Shown: one piece after another, positions 1 through 9,590 of the stretch
Position numbering within the stretch: position 1 is the first letter of the stretch
How the letters are laid out: every line of letters begins with the position of its first letter
The notes under the pieces: model-generated
Databases searched by the model: none
What the model saw: only the letters and a program-made list of their open reading frames with translations
What the model was told of the DNA's origin: nothing
Origin: a bacterium
GTDB taxonomy: Bacteria; Patescibacteriota; Minisyncoccia; Minisyncoccales; UBA10102
Assembly (NCBI GenBank): GCA_030699255.1
Contig: JAUYJR010000052.1
Location: 1 to 17,528 of the forward strand
Direction: 5' to 3'
DNA: 17,528 nucleotides
Position numbers and translations under genes: made by a program

Positions 1-129
1 ATAGAGAACGGGAATAACAAGACCCGTACCCGCAACAGCAAGGGCATAAGAAAAAAACACCAGGACGGTAGAGGTCCTGTATTGCTTTACATGCGGAAAG
101 TAATACTTGAAGATTTTTCTGATATCCAT
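1..129 (-). CDS. 5' end of a membrane protein with an ABC-exporter-like N-terminus (partial, continues past window start)
   Basis: The reverse-strand ATG at 129-127 opens an unbroken frame to position 1: MDIRKIFKYYFPHVKQYRTSTVLVFFSYALAVAGTGLVIPVLY. A basic N-terminus followed by a hydrophobic TM-like stretch is the usual opening of ABC permease/ATPase fusions. Only 43 codons are visible, so the family call is weak. Confidence 0.4.
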   Translation of the reverse strand, partial: MDIRKIFKYYFPHVKQYRTSTVLVFFSYALAVAGTGLVIPVLY

Positions 130-136
130 ACAAATG

Positions 137-208
137 TGCCCTCAGTAGGATTCGAACCTACAACCAACTCCTTAAAAGGGAGCTGCTCTACCATTGAGCT
201 ATGAGGGC
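137..208 (-). tRNA. tRNA-Lys (anticodon UUU)
   Basis: The reverse complement folds as a cloverleaf. Acceptor GCCCTCA/TGAGGGC; D arm GCTC-AATGGTA-GAGC; anticodon arm GCTCC-CTTTTAA-GGAGT (loop C-T-TTT-A-A); 5-nt variable loop; T arm GTAGG-TTCGAAT-CCTAC; discriminator A. CCA is not encoded. Confidence 0.9.
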
Positions 209-347
209 GAACAAATTACCCCGACCCCCGGCTTAAGACACCTTCGGTTTCTTATGTCGCTCACTTCCCGCAAGCGCCGTTCGCTCCTATCTTCCAACAC
301 GGGGTAATTTGGAACTTCGTTCTCTTTACAAATTACCCCTATTCCTA

Positions 348-1451
348 CTACAATCCTTCTTCGCGCAGTCTCTGTATGAGGTCTTTTTGCTGTTTTGTCA
401 ATTTCTGAGGCACCGAGATCCGCACGGTTGTGTAGAGATTGCCCCTTCCTATTCCTCCATAATGAGGAATTCCTTTACCGGAAACCTTAAACACCTTTCC
501 CGACTGTGTACCCAAAGGCACCCGCAGGGCAATAGGAGATCCCTCCAATGTTGGAACATCAACTTCATCTCCCAGAACAGCTTGAGATAAGGAAATGGGA
601 ACTTCCACAAACAAGTCATCTCCCTTTCTACTAAACACTTTGTGAGGCTTCACCAAAACACGAATATAGAGATCTCCATTTTTTCCGCGCTTCCGCCCCG
701 CATCTCCTTTCTCTTTCATTTTGAGAACTTGGTTTGAATCAATACCTGCGGGAATCTGAACTACAATTTTGTCCTCTCCCCGCACCCTTCCCTCTCCCGA
801 ACATACATTGCAGGGAGAGTCGGGCTTTAACCCTTCTCCATTGCACTCGGGGCAAACACCCACTCTTGTGAAAGATCCAAGAAAGGTTCTCTGGATCTGC
901 TGAACCTCTCCAGTTCCCCTGCAAGAGAAGCATTCATTTACTTTTGACCCCGGATCGGCTCCCACTCCCTGGCACCTGCCACACTGAATGAATTTGTGAA
1001 GAAGAATTTCCTCTTTCTTGCCATGGAGCGCGTTTTCCAGGGTAATTTCCACATCAACCTCAATATCCTCTCCTTTCCGCAGATGATCTCGGGAATGAGA
1101 AGCTGATCCTCCAAAAAATTCCTCAAATATGTCTCCAAGGTCTTGGAAGTCAAATCCGTACGCATCTCCCTCTTCCCCATCGGTAGGGCCTCCGGGCTGT
1201 CCCCACCCCCAACGAAATCCTGCCTGCCCCTGCTGATCTCCCGCCCCCTCAAACACTCTCCCAAACTTATCATATTGAGATCGCTTATCTTTGTCGGAAA
1301 GAATTCTATAGGCTTCTGAGACTTCTCTAAACATCTTTTCATCCCCTCCTTTGTCAGGATGGTGCTTATGGGCCAAACGGCGATATGCCTTCTTTATGTC
1401 TTCTAGCGTGGCATCTTTTGAAACACCAAGCATCTTGTAGTAATCAGGCAT
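348..1451 (-). CDS. dnaJ: molecular chaperone DnaJ (Hsp40)
   Basis: N-terminal J domain with HPD (YYKMLGV...AYRRLAHKHHPDKGG), then a G/F-rich linker. Four CxxCxGxG zinc motifs follow (CGRCQGVG, CFSCRGTG, CPECNGEG, CNVCSGEG). Lies downstream of dnaK. Confidence 0.95.
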   Translation of the reverse strand: MPDYYKMLGVSKDATLEDIKKAYRRLAHKHHPDKGGDEKMFREVSEAYRILSDKDKRSQYDKFGRVFEGAGDQQGQAGFRWGWGQPGGPTDGEEGDAYGFDFQDLGDIFEEFFGGSASHSRDHLRKGEDIEVDVEITLENALHGKKEEILLHKFIQCGRCQGVGADPGSKVNECFSCRGTGEVQQIQRTFLGSFTRVGVCPECNGEGLKPDSPCNVCSGEGRVRGEDKIVVQIPAGIDSNQVLKMKEKGDAGRKRGKNGDLYIRVLVKPHKVFSRKGDDLFVEVPISLSQAVLGDEVDVPTLEGSPIALRVPLGTQSGKVFKVSGKGIPHYGGIGRGNLYTTVRISVPQKLTKQQKDLIQRLREEGL

Positions 1452-1599
1452 AACAGAAAATCAAAAAATCAAAATTAGCGAAGCAATCTCAACTCCGAGC
1501 ATATGCCTTCAGAAGAGACCGCCATAAAATTCAGCAGGATTTTTGATGGTCTTGCAAAGGTATACTCTCGGAGTGCGGGGTTGACGAGATAGTTATTGG

Positions 1600-3501
1600 T
1601 TATTTATTCTCACCCTCTTCTCCTTCTTTTTTCTCTCGATACTCGGCCTCCTGATTTTCTTCGCCTGCTTCGGAATCTTGCTTGGGATTCTCTTTCGCAT
1701 GGTTCTCATGTAAAGCAGATCCCACCTTCTGAGTTGCCTGAGAAAGATCCTCCACGGCTTTCTTTAACTCCTCTATTGTACCCTTGTCCTTCACACTTTT
1801 CAATGCCTCAATCTTTTCCCGCACCTCCTTGCGAATATCTTCAGCAATCTTTTCTCCCGCGTCTCGCAGAGATTTTTCCGCCGTGTATAAGAGGGAATCT
1901 GCAACATTTCTTGTTTCCACCAGCTCCTGCTTTTTCTTGTCTTCCTCCGCGTGAGTCTCGGCTTCTCGCTTAAGACGCTCCACCTCTTCTTCCGACATGC
2001 CAGTTGATCCCTCAATACGAATGGATTGCGATTTTCCCGAAGCTCGGTCTTTTGCCGTTACGCTCAAAATGCCATTTGCATCAATATCAAAGGTTACCTC
2101 AACCTGCGGAATGCCACGAGGAGAAGGAGGAATGCCATCTAGAATAAATCTGCCCAGAGACTTATTGTCTTGAACCATAGATCGTTCCCCTTGCACCACG
2201 TGTACATCAACGGATGTCTGATTGTCTGCCGCTGTTGAAAACACCTGCGACTTGCTTGCCGGAATTGTGGTGTTCTTTGCAATTAAGACGGTATTCACAC
2301 CTCCCAATGTCTCAATGCCCAAAGAGAGCGGGGTAACATCCAAGAGAAGAATATCCCTAACATCACCGCGGAGAATACCCCCCTGAATAGCAGCTCCAAT
2401 GGCTACCACCTCATCGGGGTTAATGGATTTGTTTGCCTCCTTGCCAAACAAAGCTTTTACTCCTTCTTGAATAGCCGGCATACGAGTCTGCCCTCCCACA
2501 AGAACAATTTCATCTATATCTTTTGCCTCAAGCTTTCCCTCTTTGAGCGTCTGTCTCACAAGGTCAAGAGATTTATCTATGTACTCCCGCACCATATTCT
2601 CCAGCTGAGATCTTGTAAGCTTGTACAATAGATGTTTGGGACCCGAAGAGTCAGAGGTAATGAAAGGAAGGTTCACTTCCGTTTCCATTGAGCTGGAAAG
2701 TTCAATTTTTGCCCGCTCGGCAGCCTCTTTAAGCCGCTGAGTAGCCAAGGGATCCTTTGCAAGATCAATGCCTTCATCTTTCTTATACTGCTCTGCCAAC
2801 CAGTCCATAATTTTCTGGTCAAAGTCTTCTCCTCCCAGATGCGTATCTCCTCCGGTTGCCTTTACCTCAATGGTGTCTTCCCCAACCTCAAGAATAGAGA
2901 TATCAAACGTTCCCCCTCCAAAGTCATACACCACAATCTTCTCGTCTTTCTTTTTGTTTAATCCATACGCAAGCGCTGCCGCCGTTGGTTCGTTAATAAC
3001 GCGTTTCACTTCAAACCCCGCAATTTCTCCCGCAACTTTTGTTGCTTTTCGCTGACCATCATCAAAGTAAGCGGGAACCGTAATAATCGCCTCGTCAATC
3101 TTTTCTCCCAACTTATCCTCCGCGTCAGCCTTGAGTTTCCGAAGCACCATGGCTGAAATCTCAGCCGGCTTATACCACTTCTCCCCCATTTTTACCTCAA
3201 CACCGCCATCTTGAGCTTCTTTAATCTCATATGAGAGGAAGCGTTTTGTATTCTGTATTTCCTTGTCAGAAAATCTCCGCCCAATAAGCCGCTTTGCAAC
3301 CGAAATGGTGAATTTTGGATTTGTTACCTGCTGGCGTCTTGCCTGCACTCCCACAAGAATTTCTCCATTTTTTGCAAGAGCCGCAACGCTTGGGGTTGTG
3401 CGGGACCCCTCTTTATTTTCAATAATCCTGGACTCCCCTCCCTCCATAACAGCCATGGCGGAAAAGGTGGTTCCTAAGTCAATGCCAAGTATTTTTCCCA
3501 T
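1600..3501 (-). CDS. dnaK: molecular chaperone DnaK (Hsp70)
   Basis: Full-length Hsp70 with hallmark motifs GIDLGTT, DLGGGTFD and [10 protein letters not shown]. Acidic C-terminal tail. Confidence 0.97.
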   Translation of the reverse strand: MGKILGIDLGTTFSAMAVMEGGESRIIENKEGSRTTPSVAALAKNGEILVGVQARRQQVTNPKFTISVAKRLIGRRFSDKEIQNTKRFLSYEIKEAQDGGVEVKMGEKWYKPAEISAMVLRKLKADAEDKLGEKIDEAIITVPAYFDDGQRKATKVAGEIAGFEVKRVINEPTAAALAYGLNKKKDEKIVVYDFGGGTFDISILEVGEDTIEVKATGGDTHLGGEDFDQKIMDWLAEQYKKDEGIDLAKDPLATQRLKEAAERAKIELSSSMETEVNLPFITSDSSGPKHLLYKLTRSQLENMVREYIDKSLDLVRQTLKEGKLEAKDIDEIVLVGGQTRMPAIQEGVKALFGKEANKSINPDEVVAIGAAIQGGILRGDVRDILLLDVTPLSLGIETLGGVNTVLIAKNTTIPASKSQVFSTAADNQTSVDVHVVQGERSMVQDNKSLGRFILDGIPPSPRGIPQVEVTFDIDANGILSVTAKDRASGKSQSIRIEGSTGMSEEEVERLKREAETHAEEDKKKQELVETRNVADSLLYTAEKSLRDAGEKIAEDIRKEVREKIEALKSVKDKGTIEELKKAVEDLSQATQKVGSALHENHAKENPKQDSEAGEENQEAEYREKKEGEEGENK

Positions 3502-3518
3502 AGGTTTTGTTTATTACA

Positions 3519-4004
3519 TTACTCTTCTTTATACTGCGCAACCAGCACTCTGGCAGGACGAATAACACTCTCTGAATACCGGTATCCTTTCTCCGCAACA
3601 CGGACAATTGTTCCCGGTGGAGCATGTACTCCTTCAACTTCTCCAATTGCTTCGTGGAGCGCGGGATTAAAGGACTCCCCTTCTGCTGGCGCAATTTCCT
3701 GAATTCCACACAAGGCCAACGCGCTCCGCAACTGGGACTGAATTTGAGAGAGCCCCAAACTCATATCTTTGTTTGAATCGTAAGAAACTTGCAGGGCGCG
3801 CTCAAGACTATCAAGAACCGGAAGAAGCCGCTGGAGAATATCTTTCTTTGCTCGTAGCTCCACATCTTGCCTGCGGGAACTCTCGCCCTTTTTGTAATTC
3901 TCAAAATCTGCCTGCGTTCTCTTCCAGTTATTCATACACTCATAAAGCTCAGCCTCCAACTTTTGGGAATCCGGCTTCTCATTTGTTTTTTCTTTTTGCT
4001 TCAT
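3519..4004 (-). CDS. grpE: nucleotide exchange factor GrpE
   Basis: 161 aa with coiled-coil N-terminus and a GrpE-type C-terminus (FNPALHEAI...G.IV.V.EKGY...VIRPARV). Sits between hrcA and dnaK. 4-nt overlap with the hrcA stop. Confidence 0.9.
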   Translation of the reverse strand: MKQKEKTNEKPDSQKLEAELYECMNNWKRTQADFENYKKGESSRRQDVELRAKKDILQRLLPVLDSLERALQVSYDSNKDMSLGLSQIQSQLRSALALCGIQEIAPAEGESFNPALHEAIGEVEGVHAPPGTIVRVAEKGYRYSESVIRPARVLVAQYKEE

Positions 4005-4699
4005 AGCAAAGATCGTATAAGACGAATATTTTTTGTGTACGCCATGCGCGTGGGACCAACAATGGCAACCAGCCCTTCTCTTCCGTAACGCAGAGATGTT
4101 CCCATCACCACGCTCAGTCGGTGAGAACTGCTAAACGGATTCTCTTGCCCAATGTACACCGAGAACTCTCCGTCTTGAAGCACATTCTCAACGCATTCTT
4201 CCATGTCTTTAACACAACGAATGAGGTCTGCAACATACTCCTGGTTGCGAAATTCCGGCTCCCGCAACACCTCTCCCCATCCTTCCTGCCAGAAAAGACG
4301 ATGCTCTGTGGTGTACAACACAACAAGATTTGAGGTTTCTCGAGAAAGAAATTTTGCAAGAGATCGAAACAACTGAACACCTTCTTCAGAAAACGAAGTA
4401 TCTCGTGACTCTGCTGTATTTGCCATTAATGGAGACGCACGCTTCTGCTCTAGCTCCAAGACATGGTCTACAAACATTCGGTATCCGCGCTCCGTTGGAA
4501 CTCTCCCTGCCGAAGTATGCGGCTGAAAGATAAGTCCCTGATCGGCAAGCTCCCTCATCTCATTCCGAATAGTAGCCGGAGACACGCTGATTCTGCTCCT
4601 CTGCTCCACGTACTGGGAACTTACGGGTTCGGCGGTCTTAATGTACGAAGATACAATATGGGTGAGAATATGGAGCTGTCGTTCCGTTATCTCTGTCAT
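4001..4699 (-). CDS. hrcA: heat-inducible transcription repressor HrcA (compact, 232 aa)
   Basis: N-terminal winged helix (SPATIRNEMRELADQGLIFQPHTSAGRVPTERGYR) and C-terminal GPTRMAY motif. Start moved to the ATG at 4699. The track's start at 4735 is a TTG lying inside the CIRCE operator. Confidence 0.85.
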   Translation of the reverse strand: MTEITERQLHILTHIVSSYIKTAEPVSSQYVEQRSRISVSPATIRNEMRELADQGLIFQPHTSAGRVPTERGYRMFVDHVLELEQKRASPLMANTAESRDTSFSEEGVQLFRSLAKFLSRETSNLVVLYTTEHRLFWQEGWGEVLREPEFRNQEYVADLIRCVKDMEECVENVLQDGEFSVYIGQENPFSSSHRLSVVMGTSLRYGREGLVAIVGPTRMAYTKNIRLIRSLL

Positions 4700-4724
4700 G
4701 GTCTTAAGTATATCCCATTTTGTA

Positions 4725-4751
4725 TTAGCAGTCAACCCGTCCGTCTGCTAA
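4725..4751 (-). promoter_or_regulatory. CIRCE-like inverted repeat (HrcA operator)
   Basis: TTAGCAGTC-N9-GTCTGCTAA, against the CIRCE consensus TTAGCACTC-N9-GAGTGCTAA. The 7-bp arms TTAGCAG/CTGCTAA are perfect. It lies 26 nt upstream of the hrcA ATG and about 20 nt downstream of a candidate -10 box. Confidence 0.6.
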
Positions 4752-4759
4752 TACCTCTC

Positions 4760-5623
4760 TTATTTTGAGTCTCTATACCGTAGGTATGCCTGGCTTCCAA
4801 ATTGAAGATCAATGTACTCCAAGTGAGGTCTGCGTTCCTGTTTAATATGATCTTCCAGTACAGCGGCAAGCTTTGTTCCTTGCCAGGAGGTGTTTCCATT
4901 CAGATCCATAATAACGCTCCACCCTTCTGTTGTTACCTGCTCTATGCGGCCTTCCTCCGTAACAATATGATGAACGGAAACGCCCGGAGCAAGCGCGCGG
5001 AAAACAATTTCCGCCTCTTCCATTGCCTGGAGAATACGGGAAAGCTTTTCAGACGATATAACACTATCCCCTATCATAGCTTTTGTTGCACTATCATTTC
5101 CCGTTAAAAAAAGTATGCTTGCATCTTCTTCTCTAGATTCGCGAAATGCTTTTCCTGTTCTATCCAGAACAACACACTCCTCATATTGCTCTCCTTGGCA
5201 CCACAAAACAACACTTTCCCGCTCTTGCAAGAGCATAGAGAGTTTCCGTGGGAGATGCCTTTGAACCTTCGCGGAGAGAAGTGCCGGATACCGGCTTTCA
5301 AGCTCCTGCTCCAGAGAATTGAGAGGAACGGAAAATATGCTTGCCGTTGAAAACCAAAGAACTTTCCGAGAGAGCATTTCGCTTGCGATACCTCGCGCCT
5401 CATGCTCTGAGATTTCTTGAAGGTCTCCTTGTACTTCAATGGTGTCTACCGCAAATAGAGAAGAGAGGAATAGAACATACAGAACAACAAGAACCATGAC
5501 GGTGCCTGCAATACCAATCCAAAACCATGTACGCCTCCATAGAGTAGACCAAAAAGACGGTTTTTTTCGCCGAACCGTGAGTGGTGAGTTTGGTCGAACC
5601 ACTTTCCTTAGCCTCTCCCTCAT
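4760..5623 (-). CDS. ftsQ: cell division protein FtsQ/DivIB-like (one TM helix plus POTRA-like region)
   Basis: Basic N-terminus, one TM helix (WFWIGIAGTVMVLVVLYVLFLSSLF), then the FtsQ-style pattern VDTIEVQG...IS..E......KV.RHLPRKL...L.ERE.V.LW. ATGA overlap with the serS stop. Confidence 0.6.
   Translation of the reverse strand: MRERLRKVVRPNSPLTVRRKKPSFWSTLWRRTWFWIGIAGTVMVLVVLYVLFLSSLFAVDTIEVQGDLQEISEHEARGIASEMLSRKVLWFSTASIFSVPLNSLEQELESRYPALLSAKVQRHLPRKLSMLLQERESVVLWCQGEQYEECVVLDRTGKAFRESREEDASILFLTGNDSATKAMIGDSVISSEKLSRILQAMEEAEIVFRALAPGVSVHHIVTEEGRIEQVTTEGWSVIMDLNGNTSWQGTKLAAVLEDHIKQERRPHLEYIDLQFGSQAYLRYRDSK
4772..4800 (-). promoter_or_regulatory. putative promoter of the hrcA-grpE-dnaK operon
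   Basis: Minus strand reads TTGGAA (4800-4795), a 17-nt spacer, then TATAGA (4777-4772). It sits inside the 3' end of the upstream ftsQ-like ORF and just upstream of CIRCE. Confidence 0.4.
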
Positions 5624-6885
5624 TGCTTTTCAATAACACTCTTTCCTACAAACTTTTGAAGAATCTCCGGTACCGTAATGCTACCATCTTCCTGTTGGTA
5701 GTTTTCCATAATAGCAATGAGCGTTCTCCCAATAGGAAACCCGGTGGCATTGAGCATATGAACAAATTCCAGCTTGCCATCTTTTTTCTTCATGCGAATA
5801 TTTAGGCGTCTTGATTGAAAGTCCGTGGTATTGGATGCCGAACTCACTTCGCGGTACCTTCCCTGACCCGGGAGCCATGCTTCAATATCAATCGTAGAAA
5901 CAGCGGGGCGAGACATATCTCCCGCGGCAAGTTGCATCACCTGGTATGGAATACCAAGCGCCCGCCACAGATCCTCTTCAAAATTGAGCAGGAACCCATG
6001 TTCTTCACGGGATTTTTCAGGATGGCAGAAACTAAAGAGCTCTACTTTATCAAACTGATGAACTCTCAAGATACCACGCGTATCTTTTCCATATGAACCA
6101 GCCTCTTCTCGAAAGCATGTTGAAAAGGCAATGTAGCGCCGCGGAAGTTCTTTTTCTTCAAAAACCTCGTCGGCATGCATAGGACCTACCGCCTGCTCAG
6201 CCGTTCCAACAAGAAACAGCCCGTTTTTCTCAAGGTAGTAACGCTCCGCCAAGTCTTCCGGCGTATCCACATACCCCATCTTTTGCATCATTTCTGCTCT
6301 AATAAGAACAGGTGGAGAAATTGGCGTAAATCCTGATCTTATTCCCATATCCATCACATACCGTATGAGGGCAAGCTCAAGCAGAACCGCGTCATTCTTG
6401 AGATATGCAAAGCGAGATCCCGAAACCTTTGCCGCCCGCTCAACGTCAAGGATGCCGAGTTGTTCGCCAAGCTGAAAGTGGTCTTTTGGCTCAAACGCAA
6501 ACACGGGCTTCTCCCCCACCTGACGGATAACCTGGTTCTGATCTTCTCCACCTTCCGGCACATCATCTTGCGGAATATTTGGGAACCGCGTCATCACCAA
6601 CTTCAAAGATTCTTCCAGCTCTTTGAGAATTTCTTCTTGGGCGCGAGTTTCTTCTTTGAGCTTTTTTCCTTCCTCAATTTTCTGATTGCGATCTTCGCCC
6701 GAACTTGCTTGCACCTCCTCGGACAGCATGTTCTGTTTTGCCCTTAGCTCTTCTACTTGGAGTAGAACTACCTTTCTCCGATCATCCAGCTCAATGAGTT
6801 GCGCGGTATCAAGCGCAACCCCGCGCTTTTTGAGCGCTGTAGCCACGTATTCCGGATTCTCCCGTATACTTTTTATATCAATCAT
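5620..6885 (-). CDS. serS: seryl-tRNA synthetase
   Basis: MIDIKSIRENPE... N-terminal coiled-coil arm and a class II core (FREEAGSYGKDTRGILRVHQFDKVE, GRTLIAIMENYQ). Confidence 0.95.
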   Translation of the reverse strand: MIDIKSIRENPEYVATALKKRGVALDTAQLIELDDRRKVVLLQVEELRAKQNMLSEEVQASSGEDRNQKIEEGKKLKEETRAQEEILKELEESLKLVMTRFPNIPQDDVPEGGEDQNQVIRQVGEKPVFAFEPKDHFQLGEQLGILDVERAAKVSGSRFAYLKNDAVLLELALIRYVMDMGIRSGFTPISPPVLIRAEMMQKMGYVDTPEDLAERYYLEKNGLFLVGTAEQAVGPMHADEVFEEKELPRRYIAFSTCFREEAGSYGKDTRGILRVHQFDKVELFSFCHPEKSREEHGFLLNFEEDLWRALGIPYQVMQLAAGDMSRPAVSTIDIEAWLPGQGRYREVSSASNTTDFQSRRLNIRMKKKDGKLEFVHMLNATGFPIGRTLIAIMENYQQEDGSITVPEILQKFVGKSVIEKQ

Positions 6886-6894
6886 ATAGTATGG

Positions 6895-8370
6895 TTAATC
6901 TCTTTCTCTTGGCTTCATGGTGGGAAACAGCGTGACTTCCCGCAGGCTGTGCGAATTGGTTAAAAGGGCAACAAGCCGGTCTATTCCCATGCCAAACCCG
7001 GCCGTGGGAGGCATGCCGTATTCCAAAGCCTCAAGAAAGTCTTCATCCATGCGCTGAGCATCTTCCAATCCCTCTTTAAACAAAGACTCCTGCTCCTCAA
7101 ACGCCTTTCGCTGAGCCATAGGATCATTTTGCTCCGTATACGCTTTAACCAACTCCCACCCTCCCCCAACTAGAAGCTGAACCGTTTCGGCTTCCTTGGG
7201 ATTTTCCTTTCGCGCTTTTGCCAAAGGAAACATCTCTGAAGGATGATGAATAACAAATTGAGGTTCCCACAGGTGAGGACGAATAACCTTCTTATATATC
7301 ATGTCCATAATTCTCCCCTTGCTTAATGTACTTTCGGTCTCAATTCCCATTTCTTGAGCCTTGGCAAGAAGGGTATCTCTGTTCATGCTCTCAATATCAA
7401 TATCTGCGTACTTGCGAAAGAGTTCGGCGTACTCTACTCGAGGCCAGGGAGGAGTAAAATCAATTTCTTTTCCCGCATACTCGATTTTTTGCGTTCCATG
7501 CGCAAGCTCCACCACAAAAGCAATGAGCTGTTCAGTGAGCTTCATCATATCCTTGTAGTCGGCATACGCCCAGTAGAACTCCAGCATGGTAAAGTCCGGA
7601 CTATGCTGGCGATCCACCCCTTCATTTCGAAATACTCGCCCCATTTCATACACCTTCTCAAATCCCCCAACCATAAGACGCTTCAAAGGAAGTTCCAAGG
7701 AAATGCGCAAAAACATGTCCAAGTCAAACGCGTTGATATGCGTTACAAACGGTTCAGCTTCAGCCCCGCCATAGATACTTTGGAGCACGGGTGTTTCCAC
7801 CTCCATAAATCCTTCTTTTGCAAGAAAATCTCGAATCGCTTTCATAATCACAGATCTTTTCTCAAATACCTCTTTTGTTTCTTTGTTAAAGAGAAGATCA
7901 AGGTACCGCTTGCGATAGCGCTCCTCCACATCCTGCAGACCATGCCACTTGTCCGGAAGTGGAAGGAGAGATTTTGCCAACACGGTATAGTCGGCAACAT
8001 CAATGGTCTGTTCTCCTTTTTTTGTTTCAAACATGGTGCCCCGCACTTGTATAAAATCTCCCACATCCACCGCCCCCAAAAAGAGCTCAAAGGAGGCCTC
8101 TCCAACATGATTTTTTCGGAGGTACGCCTGAAGTGTTCCCGTTCCGTCTTCTATATGAAAAAACAAGGAACCTCCATGCTCTCGAAGGGACCTAACTCTT
8201 CCTAAAACGGTAATTTCTTCTCCACTCTGGGAAAGACTAGAGAACGTCTCCAGCACGCCCTTTGTGGTATGCGTACGCTTCACGGAGCTTGGATACCCTT
8301 GCATGCCCGCCTTTTCCAGGCGCTCAAGCTTTTTGATCCGCTCTTCCCGTATATCTTCAATAGTTGCCAT
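6895..8370 (-). CDS. lysS: lysyl-tRNA synthetase, class II
   Basis: OB-fold N-terminal domain plus class II motifs (YLRISLELPLKRL, FRNEGVD..HSPDFTMLE, GFGMGIDRLVALLT). Confidence 0.95.
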   Translation of the reverse strand: MATIEDIREERIKKLERLEKAGMQGYPSSVKRTHTTKGVLETFSSLSQSGEEITVLGRVRSLREHGGSLFFHIEDGTGTLQAYLRKNHVGEASFELFLGAVDVGDFIQVRGTMFETKKGEQTIDVADYTVLAKSLLPLPDKWHGLQDVEERYRKRYLDLLFNKETKEVFEKRSVIMKAIRDFLAKEGFMEVETPVLQSIYGGAEAEPFVTHINAFDLDMFLRISLELPLKRLMVGGFEKVYEMGRVFRNEGVDRQHSPDFTMLEFYWAYADYKDMMKLTEQLIAFVVELAHGTQKIEYAGKEIDFTPPWPRVEYAELFRKYADIDIESMNRDTLLAKAQEMGIETESTLSKGRIMDMIYKKVIRPHLWEPQFVIHHPSEMFPLAKARKENPKEAETVQLLVGGGWELVKAYTEQNDPMAQRKAFEEQESLFKEGLEDAQRMDEDFLEALEYGMPPTAGFGMGIDRLVALLTNSHSLREVTLFPTMKPRERD

Positions 8371-8415
8371 GGTATGGAGATTGTAGCTGATTTTTTCTGT
8401 TCTGAAAAGACTCTG

Positions 8416-9060
8416 TTACGGGGAGAATAAACGCCCCGCGTTGGAGATAATTTCTTTCCACATCTTGAGCCAGTCCGTAATGCCCCGAATGAATCCTCGC
8501 TTCTTTGACTTGGTCATATGGGAAAGTCCGGGAAGCGCGGTTGCCACAATCTTTTTCTTCATTCGCCGGGCAGTCACCGTAACAGCCACCTCCACAAGAT
8601 ACCCCTGCATGGCCTCCCGATCCACCGCCTCCCATATTTCTCGCTTGAGAATACGGAAACCGCTTATGGGGCCTCCCGAATACCTGCTTAAGCTGTTTAC
8701 TAGCGAGTTGCCCCGGTCAATAGATCCCACAGCCATGTCAGCTTCTTCTTGCTCCATAAGCTTTATGAGGGCAGAAACATGCCCTTGAGAAAGAGAGAAG
8801 AGGTCCGCATCAGCAAACAAAAGCAAGGGGGCTTTGGTAAGTTCAACACCGCGCGCCAACGCCTCTCCTTTTCCCAAGTTTACTGGCAAACAAACAACGC
8901 GAGCTCCTCCAGCTCGCGCTCTCTCTGCTGTTCTGTCTTCTGATCCGTCATCAACAACAAGAACTTCCGCAATGCTTCCGTGCCCCAAGAGCACGGAGGT
9001 AACATGTTGAATTGTTTTTTCTTCGTTAAACGCGGGAATAATCGCGGCAATCTTCTGCAT
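8416..9060 (-). CDS. family 2 glycosyltransferase
   Basis: AAIIPAFNEEKTI...VLVVDDGSEDRT...NLGKGEA...FADADL is a typical GT-A/GT2 N-terminal DxD architecture. The acceptor cannot be assigned. Confidence 0.8.
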   Translation of the reverse strand: MQKIAAIIPAFNEEKTIQHVTSVLLGHGSIAEVLVVDDGSEDRTAERARAGGARVVCLPVNLGKGEALARGVELTKAPLLLFADADLFSLSQGHVSALIKLMEQEEADMAVGSIDRGNSLVNSLSRYSGGPISGFRILKREIWEAVDREAMQGYLVEVAVTVTARRMKKKIVATALPGLSHMTKSKKRGFIRGITDWLKMWKEIISNAGRLFSP

Positions 9061-9083
9061 ACCTTAGTATAGCAGAAATGAAG

Positions 9084-9539
9084 CTATGAGATACTCTTGA
9101 GCAGATACTCTGCCACTCCCCCGGGAGTTTCCACCGTAACCTTCTCTCCTTTTTTCTTTCCCAAGAGAGCAAGTCCCAAAGGAGATTCGGCCGAAAGCTT
9201 TCCCTCCAGAGGATTTGCTTCTTGGGGACCTGTAATGGTAAACACGGAAGATTCTTTTCCTTCTACCAATGTTACGGTAGAACCAATGGCAACTTTCTCG
9301 CTTTGAGATGTCTGCTCCACCACCTCTGAATTTTTAAGCATGTGCTCTATTTCAGCAACGCGTGCCTCAACAAGCCCCTGCTCTTCTTTGGTGTTGGAGT
9401 AGTCAAAGTTTTCTGAAAGATCGCCAAATGCAATTGCCTTCTGCAGGCGCTCAGCCAACTCCTTTCTCTTTGTTGTTTTGAGATACTCAAGCTCTTCTCT
9501 GAGCTTTTGCTCTCCTTCTTTTGTGATGTATCGTATCAT
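9084..9539 (-). CDS. greA: transcription elongation factor GreA
   Basis: MIRYITKEGEQKLREELEYLK...DLSENFDYSNTKEEQ...ITGPQEANPLEGKLSAESPLGLALLGKKKGE is full-length GreA (151 aa). Start moved to the ATG at 9539. The track's 82-aa N-terminal extension runs through a terminator and a repeat hairpin. Confidence 0.9.
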   Translation of the reverse strand: MIRYITKEGEQKLREELEYLKTTKRKELAERLQKAIAFGDLSENFDYSNTKEEQGLVEARVAEIEHMLKNSEVVEQTSQSEKVAIGSTVTLVEGKESSVFTITGPQEANPLEGKLSAESPLGLALLGKKKGEKVTVETPGGVAEYLLKSIS

Positions 9540-9590
9540 AAATATATTTTGATTTTGCTTCCCTTTGTACTCTTTTTTTGCCCTTGTGTC

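Noticed and set aside
1452-1599. A second CIRCE or regulatory element in the 148-nt dnaK-dnaJ spacer.
   Set aside because: Only a half-site-like GCACTC is present. There is an 8-bp long-range complement (ACTCCGAG/CTCGGAGT) and a tandem TTGATTTT TTGATTTT. Nothing is specific enough to call.
4700-4735. TTG-initiated longer hrcA (track start 4735).
   Set aside because: The start codon would lie inside the CIRCE-like operator. The ATG at 4699 gives the normal HrcA N-terminus (MTEITERQLHIL...).
7354-8205. 283-aa plus-strand ORF.
   Set aside because: It is fully antisense to the well-supported lysS gene. The sequence is low-complexity and K/F/H-rich with no motifs, which is typical of a shadow ORF.
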